Under the pieces are notes generated by a model. It was not told the origin of the DNA. It made no database searches and worked only from the letters and a program-made list of their open reading frames with translations. A program made the translations under genes and the position numbers. A stretch of DNA of 64,000 bases from Lepidodermella squamata. Its lineage: Eukaryota > Animalia > Gastrotricha. Every line of letters starts with the position of its first letter. Position 1 is the first letter of the stretch. This document shows positions 23,562 to 35,231 of the stretch, one piece after another. Where the stretch lies: contig JBLDXI010000003.1 of assembly GCA_047495785.1 (NCBI GenBank), positions 1,550,001-1,614,000 on the forward strand. The letters are read 5' to 3'.

Positions 23562-24956
23562 ATGCGCGCTATTCTCGCCATCGCTGCTGTCGTCCTTCTT
23601 GGACTCGGTAAATACTAAATGCTCCTCCATAGAGAACGGAGTGATCAGAGTGTTAACTCTCGCAGAAAAATGAAGCCTGAATTAAATATAAAATTCCTCC
23701 TTAAAAATTGCAAAAAACTTGATTAAATGTTTTATTCTTTTTCACCATGCATGTTTACATGTAAATTTCTCGTTTTTTACACGAATTTTACATCCAATAG
23801 CGGTGAGTAATTTTTTCGAGAATGGTATCATTGGAATGAACGTTTCTTGCGCTATCAGGCTAAATTCGCAGTTTTCTTGGGAAGTTGTTACGCGGTTTGG
23901 CCACTCTGTTAATTGCGCGGCATTTTTCGGCCTTTAATGGACTCTGAGAGCGGTTCAACGGAGCAAAGGAAGTTTGTTGTTTCTGCTGAATCGTTGAAAA
24001 AATTTCGGACCCTGTCACTAAACGCCGGATATGACTTGATCGACACCTGGTGCTTTCCTTACCCGGCAGTTAGAAATCCCGGAAACAGGTTTCGAGCGCT
24101 GTGGAGAGCCGAAAAAGTTCACAAAGACGTCATCAAGTGAAAAGCCTACGCGCTGACGCAGACCTTTGAGATAACCTTCGATATTGACAGCAAGAAACTG
24201 CATGATATGCTGTCGTCGGCTACAAATAGCGCCGAGCAATCAAGCTCTGCAGAAGTTGACAGTGATTCGGCTAATTCAACTCCATCTACTCCATCAACAG
24301 AATTGATCGCCCAGCCAGATTTAGCAAGCAAATCGATTGATATACCAAGCACGAGCTCGCCATCGCCGATAGTGTCCTCGAATCCTCAAGTTATTGTCGT
24401 TTTGACCCCGATCGTCCGTTACGATGGAGCCCTCAGTCGGCTTTCGCCTTCCGAGAATCCGTCTATGAACACCCCGATACCGGCTCGAAAAAGGGGTCGC
24501 CCTGGTGATACGATTGACGAAGTGCGCAGTAAATCGTTCTCTATGTGCTCCTCTATTCGCTAATTTTTCTCATTTCCCCCAGCTTATTCCGAGGCCAAGG
24601 TGTGGAATGTCGAGTCGAAGGAGATGCACCGCAACTACCACAAGAGCGCCAGTGTCTCGGCGAGCCGGTCCTTCGAGAAGAACCGCAAGGCCTTCGGCAA
24701 GTGGTGGGCCGCCCCGAAGCGCCACCACGGCAAGAAGTTCGGCGGCAAGATGAACAAACGCCGCGGCTCCTACTCGAAATCGGTCTCCGTCTCGGTCTCG
24801 TTCTCTGGCAACAGGCGCAACTACGGCGGTCGCAAGTTCGGCCGTCACGGCAAGGCCAACAAGATGGCCGGCAACAGGTGGGGCCACAACTTCGGCAACA
24901 AGTTCGGCTACAACTTCGGAAAGGGCAAGGGCAACAAGAAGGGCTCGTACTCGTAA
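23562..24956 (+). CDS. Secreted basic Gly/Lys/Asn/Ser-rich protein, copy 2 (exons 23562-23607, 24583-24956)
   Basis: Signal exon MRAILAIAAVVLLGL, phase-1 intron, then exon 2 AYSEAKVWNVESKEMHRNY. A small deletion near the end gives a stop 9 codons earlier than in copies 1 and 3. Confidence 0.8.
23628..24545 (+). mobile_element. 918-bp non-autonomous DNA transposon (P- or hAT-like) in the intron of basic protein copy 2
   Basis: 11-bp TIR CATAGAGAACG / CGTTCTCTATG and a perfect 8-bp TSD TGCTCCTC. Internal ORF remnant from 23937 has one stop and an AT-hook-like RKRGRP. The paralogous intron is only 58 bp. Confidence 0.85.
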
Positions 24957-25384
24957 GTCGGTCAGCGCTTCCAACTAAAAAACATATGCTCAAAAGCTTG
25001 TCCGTCATGAAGGATGCTTTTTGCAATTGAAAGGATTTCGAATAATTTGCCTAATAAACATTATTTTCATGATGAATATATTTTGTTAGGTTCACGAGGT
25101 CATCTTATACATGCTGGTATTTGTATTTTAAGCATTTTTCAAATCTCAATTAAAAACTTTGTTCAAACTCTGATTCACATCAGGGTAAACGTTTTTGCTA
25201 ATCTACTATAAAATTCCCGTATTATGACTTACAAAAACACCAAACATCATTATAACTTCAATTTAACAACAATAATCAAATAACAGCATTACAATCATCA
25301 GTTAAAAATAATGCATTGTAATAATGAATTACTGTGATGTCAGCAAATGTCAAGTCATATAATATCAAGCTCTTTAGTTTCCAT

Positions 25385-28300
25385 CTATCGGCGCTTGAAA
25401 CAATGCGCGTGGGTCGCGCAGAATATTCCTGTCGAGTGGAAAATCAGCGCAATCGATACCGCCAGATTCTGTGAGGTGGGGTGATTTGCAACACCTAGGA
25501 GAACAAATATCGCTCCACAGAATGAGGTCATCGTTAACGCCGCCGCTCTCCTCATTGGGTCAATGTCCGAGGTTTCCTTCGTCATAATAATGGTCTTAGT
25601 TACAGACCTCAGCGAGTAGGCCAACAGAGCGCAAGATACAAGAACAACTGCATGACTTCCTGTCAGGATTCCCAGCCAAATCGTGTCGAATTTCGATGTA
25701 AGTGACGCCTCTTCAACCGAGTAATAAGTATCGATGTTTTCGTCGTAAAACTCTGAAACAACTTGCAATTGCAATTGTGCTGGATCGTACAGGAACCATA
25801 TGATCAGAATCGTTGTGTTGACAAAGGTCCACGCAAATGTTGCGTAGCAGCTCAATTTGTCGTGCTTCTCTGCTTCAGCATGCGAATAAATCACATTAGC
25901 TTTGCGAATTGATGCCTTACTCAACGAATCGTCTTGGCGAATCTTCGCATTGCCGGCCACACTTTGCCTAACGTCACGCTGAGCCAACTTTTTGAATAGC
26001 GCCTTGCGATAGAAGAACAACTTGCTGAGCAGAATTCCATGGATCAATGTGAGTCCGGTTACAAGCAGAAACGTTCTAGCTCTGAAAATGTCGAAATTTA
26101 CCCTGCTAGTCCTGCTTTTCTCGTCTACTAGACCAAAGGCATAACATCCTGAGGATATCAGGAGAAAAAGGCATCCGAAAGCAATCAACAGCCTGCTTTT
26201 GCTGTAATCTGATCGCAAAAGTGTTCGCAACATGACGATGCATTTCATTGAGATAACTAAGCTGAGAAAAGCGATTATAGCTACAGACACACCCCAATCC
26301 TTGAGAGGAATAACGTTATGGAGACTCCACTCAAGGAAAATGCTGTTAACGCAAACTCGAAAATCGATAATTTACGATCAAGGCAAAAAATGAGCAAAAA
26401 ATGGTCGCTCACACAAATTAAATCACCATTTTTCAGCCACACGCCATTACGCACTAGAAAATGACCGGTCGCAGGTAAACTGCAGCGATTTTCACCTTGC
26501 TAGACTCAATTTATTCTAAATCCAAATACATATTCGGAAAGCTCAGGTCAGCGCGATTGGATCGGCCGAAAAACATATTTAAAAAATCGCAATATTAAAG
26601 ATTGCAGTTGCGATTTACGCGAATCATGATTATCTAGATTATCAAGCGATTCATGCAATTCCGCTAGCGTATTGTGGAATTACTTGAGAAAATATTGGCG
26701 ATTTGGCACAAATATATTAATATCTCGACACACCAAGCACGATCCCAACCGTACTAATTCTAAATTCTAACCGTAGATTTAATTTCGCCCCTTTCCCTTG
26801 CCCAGATTCCCCTTTTCGATCTGTCCACGGACCGGATCCGGGAGCTTGTATTTTAAATTGAACCTTCAGAATATCTTAATGCGCTGAGTGATGCGGTCTC
26901 ACTCCGGGAGATCCCACATTAAACGGAATTCAACAAAACCGATAATTTTAGTTCGCTGGAACGACAGCTTACGCTCCGAACAGAAATCGATGAAACCTAT
27001 AGTACTCTAATTAAATATAGTTTCACATAAACTATATGCCGAATTATTATCCAAAGCTCAATTTAATTCCCCAGCCTGAATAAGCCCCCTGTTGTCGGTT
27101 GCTTTCAAACAATAAGATACTCGGATATTAATTCGGCATATACGGTATAAATTTTCATATAGTTTCCTGGTGAGGAATCTTTCTATTCAATTTTATCGGA
27201 ATCCATCGAAAATATCGAAAATGGGCTTTTATCGCGAATCGCAGACGACTTGAGCTTCGTTGGCCAGGCATTCATAGATCGAATGACGGAATAATTTTGA
27301 CAAATTACGGTCAAGTCGTGTTCACAAAGTAATAGGTGGCAGCTAGCCATATAGTGTATAAGGCTTACATACATGTAATTGCAGATAATCTCTCTTAATT
27401 ATATCTAAAATTTGGTTCTGCAACAGGGAAATTGTGAATTTCCATAAGTCACAAATAATAGTAATGGCAATAGCAATGACATGATTGTCTATGAGCAATA
27501 ATTATCATTATTTTTGATTTACTATTCCTGGGAAATTAAAAATGTTGACGGATGTAATCTTTACTATACTTCCTAATCTTGGTCGGAAAATTAACTCCAC
27601 GGAGATCAGATGAGCTCGTCAAATCTCAATTGTGATGCGCATAAAAATGTGAAGGTGGAGATAATCTTGATTCGCGTAAATCGCAACTGCAATCTTTAAT
27701 ATTGCGATTTTTTAAATATGTTTTTCGGCCGATCCAATCGCGCTGACCTGAGCTTTCCGAATATGTATTTGGATTTAGAATAAATTGAGTCTAGCAAGGT
27801 GAAAATCGCTGCAGTTTACCTGCGACCGGTCATTTTCTAGTGCGTAATGGCGTGTGGCTGAAAAATGGTGATTTAATTTGTGTGAGCGACCATTTTTTGC
27901 TCATTTTTTGCCTTGATCGTAAATTATCGATTTTCGAGTTTGCGTTAACAGCATTTTCCTTGAGTGGAGTCTCCATAACGTTATTCCTCTCAAGCCCCAA
28001 TCAGTATTTTTTGATCTGCGGGCAAATTTAGCCATGTCACTGAAATTGTGATTTCCCCTACTGCGTTTCGAATTTAACGCATGAATTGAATAGGAGCTTA
28101 AATTTGATAAATCATCTCCTGCAACAATTTTGTAATTAAGAATTAGTGGTTTACCGGGTGACCAAGTCATGACGTAGTTAGGGTAGCTATCCATCTCTAG
28201 CCTGGGCGAAAACTTCTCCAGACCATTGCGCAGTCCGTAGAATGAAGTTAGCCCAACGCTTTGGTTTGCTATGGAACCGACTATCTTGGGATTAGTCGCG

Positions 28301-29393
28301 AAATCCGATAAAGTCATGTTCTGAGTCGATAACATAGCTTCAGTGTTGTTGAGGCTTAAAATGGCGTATAGAGCAACATCGTGGCAAGGATGTCGTTTCG
28401 AATAATCAGACGTTTGTCGGAACAATCCATCAGTGTATTCTTCATAGAGCTGCTCAAACTCTACGAAATCGTAGCCAAGACTAGTTTTGGTTGAACTTGG
28501 CACAGTGTCGGTAGAAAATCCTATGTAAACACCATACTTTGTCTGCTCCATTATCATCGCTCCGGTGCAATTAGTCTTTGGGTTGATTACTGATGGGAAT
28601 GAGAATGGTTCTCGAAATGTGTCGTTACAAACACGTATCTAGGCCCTGTAATTCCGAATCTGTAAGCAGCACAAAGGAACTCGACATTGCTGAACCACCG
28701 GCCTAAAGAGACCACAACAACTCGGACGTTGCTTTTCTTCAGCGAGATCATCATCTCGTCACTAACTTCGGTGTCAAAGGAATCGAACCAATGAATATTG
28801 ATACCATTTCGTAAGCTACCCTCGTAAAACGTTTTTGCGAGCTGGAAATCCAGAGTGCGGGTCGAAGTTATGAGGCCAACGTTTCTCCAACCTTGGAAGA
28901 ACCTGATGTAGTAGATCCATGACATGGCCATTACATTCCCTGGGTTATTCAAGCGATAAAGATTCGGGTAGAATTTACGATTCCCCTCTAAAACCGGGGA
29001 AGAGCAGCCGACTGTGAGTGACACCATGTTGAGGTGATGCAAAGCCGATGCGTAAGGTATGCAGCCCACAGATGAGGTTGGCCCTAATGTGAGTGGTGAT
29101 TGAAACACTGACGATTCAAGTTCAAACGATCGAGCGTAATTCACGAGGTGACGAGTCGCCAAATTCGAGTTGGCAGCTTCATCTTGCATTTGCAGCTGGA
29201 TACGGTAGTTTGGCAAGATATCAGACCTGTTGTTTACCAAATCAACGACAAATTGCGTTGCAGCAACGCAGGCTCGGCCATCATCTGGTTCAAAACCAGT
29301 ATAGCTTGCTAAACCAAAAAGGGAAATAGTTTTCGACTTGGGCTCTGAGGAGCTGCAATAAAAAATCGCAAATAACGTGATAAATCGAAGCAT
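25385..29393 (-). pseudogene. GABA-B-like class C GPCR, copy 2 (frameshift near 28620 and transposon insertion)
   Basis: Signal MLRFITLFAIF and a Venus-flytrap domain. A deletion at the YAAA codons shifts the frame, and the gene is split just before TM1 by the 26300-27994 element. Confidence 0.88.
26300..27994. mobile_element. 1695-bp non-autonomous DNA transposon with 336-bp TIRs
   Basis: TIRs 26300-26635 and 27659-27994 are almost identical. 8-bp TSD CCCCAATC. The empty site is present in GPCR copy 1 (about 8245). Confidence 0.92.
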
Positions 29394-30146
29394 CTTCTTC
29401 TTTATAGATTTGGATGATATAAACGATTCCAATGTAGCGCTGGAGCATAAACCTGTCGCTTATTTATTGATCATTTGGCAGAATTCCCAGGAACATCGCC
29501 AGGCAGCCTTGATAGACAGAAAATCAAAGGAGTGAATGCGCAGATTTTGCACTTCCTGTGTGATCAAAACATCCGATTCGCGTTAAAAATTCTGATTTTG
29601 AGCGTCCGCCTACAAAGTCATGGACACCAGTTAACAATTATGATTCCTTCGTAATTTTCGTAGTATGCCCCATGTTAAAAGGCGCTAAGTGCTATGCTTG
29701 TGATATTGTAGCGGCTGTTGAGAAATTATGCAATTGCGAAAGAAAGCAAGTACTATGAGCCTTTTGGGCTTGCATATCGGCTGTTCAGATCTAATCAGGT
29801 AAAATAAATTAACTGGATAGTGCCTAGTTTGGTCCATACTGCGACTGTTGACCAAAGAAAGGTCTTTTTTTGCTTGAAAAGTTGAAAAACCTCGGGGAAA
29901 AAATTGCTTTATTCTTTTATTCGAGACTGGGTTTCACTATTCTGGACAGGATAATTGGTACATAAAATTGGAAAGAGACAATTATGAGAAATTTACGAGT
30001 AAAAGTCACGAACGATGAGCTATGTACCAAATCTAAAGCTACGAATGACACCATTTTCACATTACAATTTTTGCGTTCCAATAACTAAGTGGATATGTTC
30101 GGAATAAAGAGCTTTGTAACATCTTGATAGCTGCCAGTTGAAAGCC

Positions 30147-32438
30147 TCAATGCAATTTGAATGCCTGGGCATAAATTACACAGAAAATGCTCGTCGAGTG
30201 GAAAAGCAGTGCGATAGACATCACCAAATTCTGTGGCGATGGATAGTTAGCGACGCCTACGAGAATCAAGGTTGTGCCCAGGAAAGAAGTCACTGCGATA
30301 AATGACGCTCGTCTAAATGGGTCCAAGTCCAATGTTTCTTTAGCCGAAATTAAAGTCTTCGATGCATTCCTCAGAGAGTAGGATAGACAGGCGCAGCTTA
30401 AGAGAATAATGCCATGAAATCCCAATAAAATTCCAACCCATACAACATTGACATTGGATGCGTAGGATGCTTCCTCTACTATAAAGAAGGTATCAATGAC
30501 TTCATCGTAATACTCAGAGACAACATGACGAAACAGCAAGATCGGATCGCTGATAAACCAAACAATCATGAAGATTGCGCTAAGAAGAGCCCAAAAAATA
30601 GTCGATAAGCAACTGACATTTTCATGCCGCATTCTTAGGGAAATCGACTGAGTGCTGATCGCCGTGTTAACTGTTCCAATGGTCGAATCATACTGGCTTT
30701 TACCATTCAAAAAACGCCTAACACGCTTACCCAGATTAGCAATGACAGCTTTACGCAACCAAAAAAGTTCGGTGAATAGAATACCATGCAGAAGTGCAAG
30801 CCCGATTACTAGAAGGAAGAGTCTTGCTCTGTGTATGTGAAAGTTTGCAGGGCTGTCTTCCTTCTCATCAATTATTCCAACAGCAAAACATGCAGAAGAA
30901 AACTCAAGGAGTAAGCATCCGACTGCGATAATACGTTTGGATTTAGACAAGTTTGATCTAATGAGCCCTTTCAAAACGATAGCGCTCTTAAGAAGTAGAA
31001 GTAAGCTGGCAAGTACTATCACAACCACACTGGCCCCAAAGTCGATATCTTTAGATATGCGGACGAATGTCGCCATGTCACTGATATTCAGTATCAGAAT
31101 CGATGACTTGAATGGGAGTATTGAGTAGGAGCTCAGATTTGACATATCGTCTCCAGATATTATTTTGTTGTGGTGCACCACAAATTTATCAGCTGACCAA
31201 GTCATGACGTAATTCGGGTAGCTATCCATCTCTAGCCTGGAGGAAAACTTCTCCAGACCGTTACGCAATCCGTAGAATGAAGTTAGTCCAACGCTTTGGT
31301 TTGCTATTAAACCGACTATCTTGGGATGAGTCGCGAAATCCGATAAAGTCATGTTCTGAGTTGACAACATCGTCTCAGTGTTGTTTAGAGTAAGAAGAGC
31401 TTGAGTAGCTATGTCATGGCAACCAAGAAATCGTGCATCGTCGGAAAAGTTGCGAAATGAAACCCCAGCGTATTTTTTGTAAAGCTGCTCTAACTCTGCG
31501 AGGTTGTAACCGAGACTTGTTACATCAGAGCTTGGGAAGATTTCTTGAGCCGATCCTATGTATACTCCATACTTCGTCTGCTCAATAATCATGGCTTTGG
31601 TGCAATTTGACTTGGTGTTGATTACTGATGTCAATTGGTCTCGAAATGCGGCGGCATACGTTACAAACACGTAATTAGGCCCAGTAATTCCGAATCTGTA
31701 AGCAGCACAAAGGAACTCGACATTGCTAAACCAACGGCCCAATGAGACCACAACAACTCGGACGTTGCTTTTCTTCAGTGAGATCATCATCTCGTCACTA
31801 ACTTCGGTGTCGAAGGAATCGAACCATCGAACTTTGACACCACTCCGTAGGCTACCCTCGTAAAACGTTTTAGCTAGTTGGAAGTCCAGAGTACGTGTCG
31901 AAGTTATGAGGCCAACGTTTCGCCACTTCTGAACGTGCTTAACGAAATAGAGCCAAGACATTGCTATGACATTGCCTGGGCTAGTCATTCTGTATAGATT
32001 CGGGAAGTCTTTTCGATTTGCTTCAAAAACTGGAGAAGCACATCCCCCTGTTAGCGAGACCATGTTAAGATGATGCAAAGTTGACGCGTATGGAATGCAG
32101 CCGATAGTTGTGCCTGGCCCAAGTGTGATTGGCGATTGAAGGAAGGTTTTCTTGGTTTCGAAGAAACGTGTGTAGTCGACTAGATGCTTCGTCGCCATAT
32201 TAGAATTAGAAGATTCGTCCCTGATGTCGAGATGAATCCGGTGCCTCGGCAAGATGTCTGATCTATTGTTAACCAAGTCAACAACAAACTGCAAACCTGC
32301 AACACAAGCTTTGTCAGTTCTTGGCTCTAGTCCCGTGTAAGAGACCAGCGCCATAAGAGATATTGTTTCAGACTTATTATCGGCTCTGCAACGGTTTATT
32401 CCAAGTAATAAGAGCAAAGGGGTCATCGATCGGAACAT
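30147..32438 (-). CDS. GABA-B-like class C GPCR, copy 3 (intact, intronless, about 763 aa)
   Basis: Signal MFRSMTPLLLLLG and a Venus-flytrap domain (VNNRSDILP, GCASPVF, FPNLYR, FGITGP). No cysteine-rich domain, seven hydrophobic helices including WFISDP, ends directly after TM7. Confidence 0.88.
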   Translation of the reverse strand: MFRSMTPLLLLLGINRCRADNKSETISLMALVSYTGLEPRTDKACVAGLQFVVDLVNNRSDILPRHRIHLDIRDESSNSNMATKHLVDYTRFFETKKTFLQSPITLGPGTTIGCIPYASTLHHLNMVSLTGGCASPVFEANRKDFPNLYRMTSPGNVIAMSWLYFVKHVQKWRNVGLITSTRTLDFQLAKTFYEGSLRSGVKVRWFDSFDTEVSDEMMISLKKSNVRVVVVSLGRWFSNVEFLCAAYRFGITGPNYVFVTYAAAFRDQLTSVINTKSNCTKAMIIEQTKYGVYIGSAQEIFPSSDVTSLGYNLAELEQLYKKYAGVSFRNFSDDARFLGCHDIATQALLTLNNTETMLSTQNMTLSDFATHPKIVGLIANQSVGLTSFYGLRNGLEKFSSRLEMDSYPNYVMTWSADKFVVHHNKIISGDDMSNLSSYSILPFKSSILILNISDMATFVRISKDIDFGASVVVIVLASLLLLLKSAIVLKGLIRSNLSKSKRIIAVGCLLLEFSSACFAVGIIDEKEDSPANFHIHRARLFLLVIGLALLHGILFTELFWLRKAVIANLGKRVRRFLNGKSQYDSTIGTVNTAISTQSISLRMRHENVSCLSTIFWALLSAIFMIVWFISDPILLFRHVVSEYYDEVIDTFFIVEEASYASNVNVVWVGILLGFHGIILLSCACLSYSLRNASKTLISAKETLDLDPFRRASFIAVTSFLGTTLILVGVANYPSPQNLVMSIALLFHSTSIFCVIYAQAFKLH

Positions 32439-33235
32439 TTTTGCTTTCTTAGCTTGATTTCTGACTGTTTTTGTCCACAGTAGCAGCGTGTTTGAAAATG
32501 CGACACATTTGTTTAATCGCACCATTTTGAAAGCATGCTGGCGGAAGTAAACTGTAGCTTTTAACGGGAGTCGTGGCTTCCAGCTGGATTGTTTCCGCAG
32601 AACATCCGCCAAGCGCAGTTGAGATTTAGGAAATACCGGCCGTTTTTTATTACACTTTAGTAATCTCAACCCTAACGCCCCGTAATCCGCTTTGAACTAG
32701 ATAGGTGGGCACACACACCTTTCTAGACTTTTTACGAAATATACGTTTCCGTTTTTTACTGCGTCAAGCCACTGAGCAACATGAGATGGCGACATTATGA
32801 AACTAACGAGGTTAAGTATCTTTAATGAATCCGAACAATGAATCCGAACAATGAAGTTAATGATCATCAAATTGTTAATCTAGCCGTCCTGAACTATAGT
32901 ATACTTATAGTATGAGAGGTAGCGAGAATCCTGTCGAATGAGACAGAAATGCAAGTGACAAGACCAGGTGCGATGCAGTCGGATGGCTAGATAAACCGAA
33001 TGGACCTGTTCCATAAAAGATGTAATACTGAGTGGAACCAGTGAATCCACACTGTTCTTTTAATGTTCGGAAGGATTGAAACCTGATGAGAATTTAAAAA
33101 TCGATGTTCAAATCATTAAGATCATTCTCTCTGGCGAATGTTTTATTACCAAAATAGTCTTTCTTTATTTATGATCTGATTTTCAGACATGCCGTTTTTG
33201 TCAACAGGGCAAAGGGCAACATACATGGAACTGAC

Positions 33236-33426
33236 ATATCGTTAGCGTCGTTGAATAACTCGGATTTAGACTTGTTTACAACCATTTTAATGTGACGGGT
33301 GACGAGTAAAAAGAGGTGTTGCTAACGTGAACGAAGGGGCCAAAACAAATGACTTTATTACTTGTCAACAATCATCTTGAAATTGATGTAAACTAAATCC
33401 GAGTTATTCAACGACGCTAACGATAT
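33236..33426. mobile_element. MITE with about 33-bp TIRs, abutting a second MITE
   Basis: ATATCGTTAGCGTCGTTGAATAACTCGGATTTAG and its exact reverse complement. Confidence 0.8.
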
Positions 33427-33630
33427 CGCGACTTGCGACGATAGCGCGCCATAACATTGTGCCGGAAATAGAAACAAATGGCGCAAAACTAACTTTCTGC
33501 ATCTTCGCAAAGTCAGTCGCTTGCCTGATCGCTAGAAAACAGTTAAAAACCAGTTTTTTCTGCGCTTCAAATGCATTACTCCATTTGTATCTATTTCCGG
33601 CGCAATATTATGGCACGCAAGTCGCGATAT
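33423..33630. mobile_element. MITE of the same family as 12223-12428
   Basis: Termini ATATCGCGACTTGCG / CGCAAGTCGCGATAT; internal sequence shared with the 12.2 kb copy. Confidence 0.75.
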
Positions 33631-33891
33631 TCTCCTCATTGCATTACTTGTATAAGGCATGTTGGCGGAAGTTGACTAAACCTTAATGGGGTTCACGTCT
33701 TTCAGTTGAATGTTATCTGTAGTACGTTCTTTGTGCGTGATTAAGGAATACTAACCATGTCATTGCATTTTATCTGAAAAATCTGAATACTCTCAGTTTG
33801 GTCCGGGCTCAAACGACAAGTGGGCGCATGAACACCCCCTTTTATTATTACGACACTTTGAAACTTGAGAGGTGACTAGGGGAGGGGGCTA

Positions 33892-34064
33892 CCGTATATG
33901 TTCCTATAGTAGTCCATCCACTAATCCACAGGGACGTTATAAGGGGCCCAGTCGGTTCGAAAACATCAAAACTGACTGGTTCACCAAAAATCATTTTTGA
34001 AATTTTCATAATTTCGCGGTTGAAATTTTAGTAGCCCGGGCTGCTATGATGGGAACAAATACGG
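33892..34064. mobile_element. Tc1/pogo-type MITE
   Basis: TA|CCGTATATGTTCC ... GGGAACAAATACGG|TA; the flanks match uninterrupted sequence near 37855-37900. Confidence 0.6.
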
Positions 34065-35231
34065 TATGTTCTATTTTGAAGACACATAGAGACCCGCCGT
34101 TAATGGTATATTACATTTGCCTGGTACGTTCTCAGTATGAATAAGTGTTTCGGGTTCAGGTTTCAGGTTGACATCAATTGGAAATGAAGGACAAACGAAA
34201 CTATGCTAACAGGTCGTTTTGTTCAGCTAACGTTATTAATAGATCAAATGCCTGCCCGGTGTCTCGACTGAACATTTTGCTTCATGTTTCACCTTAAACC
34301 TGAGACGCTATAGTGGAATTGTTGAAATAAAATAGGCAAACAACTGCCCGCTTATTGGGAAAAGATCGATGTTTTTGTCAGGCAGAATTCTCCGACGTTG
34401 TGACCGAGTGGCCGAGCTGAAGTACTAACCTGTCGCTTACTTAAGTATTGATCATTTGGCAGCATTCCCAGGAACTGTTATGGCTTACTAAATAAAAGTC
34501 GCCAGTCGCCAGGCAGTCTTGATAGACCGAAAATCAAAGGAATGAATGCGCAGTTTTTGCACTTCCTGTATGATCAAAACATCCGATTCCAGTTGAAAGT
34601 TCTCACATTGAACGTCCGCCCCCATAGTCATGGACACCAATGAGGATGAAAATTTCAGGTTAAAAGGCACTAAGCATGTGAGATTCAAACATAATATTAC
34701 ACACCATTATTTATTCGACCTACAAAATACAGTCAACAATATTTAGCAATTAAAGTCTCCTTCGTAGATCAACTTTGAACTTCATTCTGTTTCGGATTGA
34801 GAGGGCGAAAACGAGCAATTTCAATGAGCCTGCCTGGCTTGAACTAAGGCTGGTCAGATCTAATCAGGTAAAAGAACTTGACTTTCTAGCCGAAAAATGG
34901 ACGATGAAATGAAATGAAAACGTCTTATATCTACGGTACTGCAAACTGCAACCTTAGAAAGAGCTTGGTGGAAAAACCTAGGGGACAATCTGGGATTTTA
35001 TTTGAGACTTGCTTCCAATGTGGATTGGCTAATACACGTACAGGTAATCGGAAACAGACAATGAAACAGGACAAGTCCAAGATGCAATTGCGAATATTGT
35101 CATATTCACGAAAAAGACTTACAATTACGAAGAACCCCATTTTCATATTAAACTTCATGCACACAAGGGGTAAACGATCATGATAGCTATAAAGAGTTAT
35201 GCAACATTTTGACGATTCCAAGCGGAAAGGC

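Noticed and set aside
27901-27994. Novel C-terminus of the 218-aa ORF
   Set aside because: Read-through of the broken receptor into the transposon TIR
32439-32669. 77-aa N-terminal extension of the 840-aa receptor ORF
   Set aside because: Starts at a non-ATG codon; paralogs begin at the MFR signal peptide and the region contains the shared promoter motif
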